Below are positions 61,186 through 64,000 of a stretch of DNA of 64,000 nucleotides, piece after piece (positions within the stretch are counted from its first letter, which is position 1; each line of letters opens with the position of its first letter). The notes below the pieces were generated by a model. The model saw nothing but the letters and a program-made list of their open reading frames with translations. It ran no database searches and was not told the DNA's origin. Position numbers and translations under genes: made by a program. Origin of the DNA: Selaginella moellendorffii (Eukaryota; Plantae; Lycopodiophyta); assembly GCF_000143415.4 (NCBI RefSeq), contig NW_003314317.1, positions 434,001 to 498,000 of the forward strand. Direction: 5' to 3'.

Positions 61186-64000
61186 AGAGGAACAAATACA
61201 TTTTAGTCATCATTGATTATGTGACTAAATGGGCAGAAGCTATACTTATGAAACAGGCCTCAGCTACTAACACTATTAAATTCCTTTATAAAAACATCAT
61301 TGTAAGATTTGGTTTGCCTAAGGAGATCATCATAGATAGAGGTATCTATTAGAAATTCTTATACAAGAATTTATCCTTAAGCACAAAAAGTTCATACTAT
61401 ATTATCTGCAAAGAAATAGTTATGCTGAATCTACTAATAAAGTGCTTAAAAAAATCTTGAAAAAGATTGTAAAAGATAATAAAAAAGACTAGGATGAGAA
61501 AATACTAAATACTTTGTAGGCTTATAAAATTGCATATAAAGTATCTACAAACATGACACCATTTCGTATTATCTATGGCTAGAAATTTTTAACGCCTATG
61601 AAATTTATAATTTCCTCTATGCATGTTGTAATTAAAAATGGCTTATACCAAAAAGAAGCTCTTAAGCAAAGACTTGCTAAAATAGAAAACTTAAACAAGT
61701 TTAAGCTTAGAACAATCTAGACCTTGTATGCAATTCAAAAAGCCAAAAAGGCTAAGCATGATAGACAATTGAAAATTGTTTGTAAACTTAACCCAAGAAA
61801 TAAGATTCTTTTATATCAAGGCAAAATAAATGCTTTTGGAAATAAATTCAAGAGAAAATAAAATAGTTAATTTATTTTGTTTAAGATATCAGCTCTAGAA
61901 ACGGCTGAAATGCACACCTTAAATAAGGATGATACTGCATTAGTAAATTTAAATAGTTTAAAGAAGTCCTATGAAGATATAAGCATAAATATTATCTACA
62001 TCTTAAGGTACAAAACTATGAATAAACTTGTAAATGAAGCCCTTGCAAAGATTCATTATGATAAGCTAACTAAGTGCATAAATAAGGTGGTTAACTAGAT
62101 GAAGGATAAAGGTTTAGAAAAATTCTATAAAATTATATCAAACTTTGTAGGATTATAGAAAGACAAACTAATTCTTCAATTATGGGATCCTGTAAAATTG
62201 GGTTTCAAAATGGATGGAGGGGATATTAGGGGATATTAAAATCACTCAAGATCTTATTTTTAAGCTTTTTTATCTTCTCATAGAGTTAGATCAGTAGAAT
62301 TGGATAAAAAGAGTAATCTTTCCTAATAAACTCAGACAAGGAATTGTTCATCTAAAATAGAGGGAAAATACATATCTTTGGGAAAAATTTATCTTTATAC
62401 TAAAAAAACCTTTATATATCTAAGTGCTTTCTCCAATGGGAAGTTCCAAAGAAAAAAATCAAAGGATACATTGGATAAATATTTCTTTCTCTAGAGTAGG
62501 CCTTCCCTCAAAATCTTACTACTATGGCATATAGAAATTTTCTCTAGGCAATGCAAGACTTAGAGAAAAAGAAAGGAAAAGATGGATACTTTAAGAGTAA
62601 TATTTACATTTTTCTTGCCTTATATAAGCTTTACTTTAATATAAACTTTACTAACAAACCACAAGGATTAATGAGTAAAGATTACTAGGCTAACAAAGAA
62701 AAAAAAATTCTATAATACGTTTGTATACAAATGCAAACAAAGGCCTCTTGGACAAAGCTTAGGGCTAACATATTAATGCAAAGTGATATAGATAATTTGG
62801 AGGTAGCTAGGGAGCTTCTTTTTCTCTCCCATTCTTTCCTTCTCACTCACTCTATGCTTACGCTTTTGCCAAAATGTGTTAACACTCCAAGCTTAGCTTT
62901 GAAGTAATGTATGGCAACTTAAACACCACCTAAGGCCGTGCAAGAGCAAATACCATTCTTGCTACCTATTAAATTGAGTGCACCCTTGATTGGGTGGAGT
63001 GATCTTGTCCTTATACTACCACCATAAAGTATTGATTCCACTCTCAAAGCACCATTGACACAAGATCTCTCTTGGACACCTTCATTAGCACTACAATACA
63101 TCTCTCAGTTGCTTAATGTTGAATGTTTTTCTTACAAATGTTTATGGATAGCAAAAACTCCTAAGCAAGACAAGCATATGGAGGAAATCTTGTCTGGTGA
63201 TAAGGAGTGCTTTCTCCCTATGACAAAGTTTGGCTTAATGCTTTTATGTTATTTGCCTATACGGAGTTACTCGAAAGAGAAATATTGATTGAGCAAAAGA
63301 TTAAGCTCATGTAAAAATGGTACCCAACAAAGCATGCATTTCTCTTCCACAGGCAAGTCCATCCTTTTGAACTCACCTAACTTTTTCACTTAGACAATAA
63401 GGGTGAAATAATCACAATAAGCAAGAAGGATCATATGCCCAATCAATACATCCTCCCAAACTATACATCCAGACGTGAAGGCAACTTCATCTACTTAAAA
63501 CCCAACTATTATGCTAGGTTTAAGGTATTGTGTGCCATCATCAACAAAAGGACAGTTGCGCAAAATACCAGCATCGAGATAGCTTGCCTATTGAAAACTA
63601 TTGAGACTAGACAACAAATAAACATAACTCATTTCACCTATAATGGATTTATGGCTGAAATGAAAAATATTGCCTTAAAGGTAGGTAAGGGAAGACAAGT
63701 GAAAATAGGAGTCTTCATATTTTTGCAATGCATCTACAAACATTATACAACTTAGGAGAATCTCGTGCCTCACCTTGATATTGAGGCACCACCTCCAATA
63801 TCTCCTCTGAGGGAGATAGCAAAGGATATGGATATGGAGCAAGTTTCCCAAAATCCCGATGATACAGATTCAAGTGAGGAAAATTCTCCCCTAAAAAAGA
63901 AATTCTGCCTAGATATGAAAATCTAAGCTATGAGACTTCTAGAGTTTGTTCCGTAGAATCTAGTGGCTGAGTATGCCACAAAAAAGCTAAAGGCGGCAAG

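Larger units (their letters stand above)
50500..62770 (+). mobile_element. Highly degenerate Ty3/Gypsy retrotransposon (gag-RT-RNaseH-integrase), integrase split by the PLE; boundaries approximate
   Basis: RT remnants (YRMNPNY, SPLVIVSKKNGKL, MPFGL; 52.3-53.0 kb), RNase H (NYTMTEKETLG), integrase KWGLDFVG (54360) continuing as KYILVIIDYVTKWAEA (61190); PPT at ~62210 and a possible 3' LTR at 62224-62770. Confidence 0.75.

Noticed and set aside
62900-64000. ORF 63435-63755 and neighbours
   Set aside because: No recognisable domain and surrounded by stops; probably TE debris.

Overview
Eukaryotic land-plant nuclear DNA, most likely a spike moss (Selaginella). This is inferred from the 52-53-nt introns, the very compact gene spacing, the S-rich PLS-class PPR genes and a Chlamys-type Penelope-like element. 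The window has two parts. Bases ~1-27.6 kb are gene-dense: a tandem array of small 2-exon orphan genes, a chromodomain relic, an intron-containing tRNA-Tyr, two LEA_3-like genes, three PLS-E PPR genes, DUF616, two DUF538, HVA22, PRORP, an F-box gene, a tRNA-Asn tandem, an aspartic protease and an SDR. Bases ~27.6-64 kb are an AT-rich, heavily C->T/G->A-mutated nest of retroelements: a TRIM, two Gypsy elements, two LARD-like LTR elements, a solo LTR and a Penelope-like element with pseudo-LTRs. The most unusual structure is the TRIM and a Gypsy element joined tail-to-tail through TTAA and sharing one 5-bp target-site duplication, which suggests co-integration of two ligated cDNAs. Family calls come from motif recognition by eye, not database searches. 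There is a 100-N assembly gap at 42211-42310.
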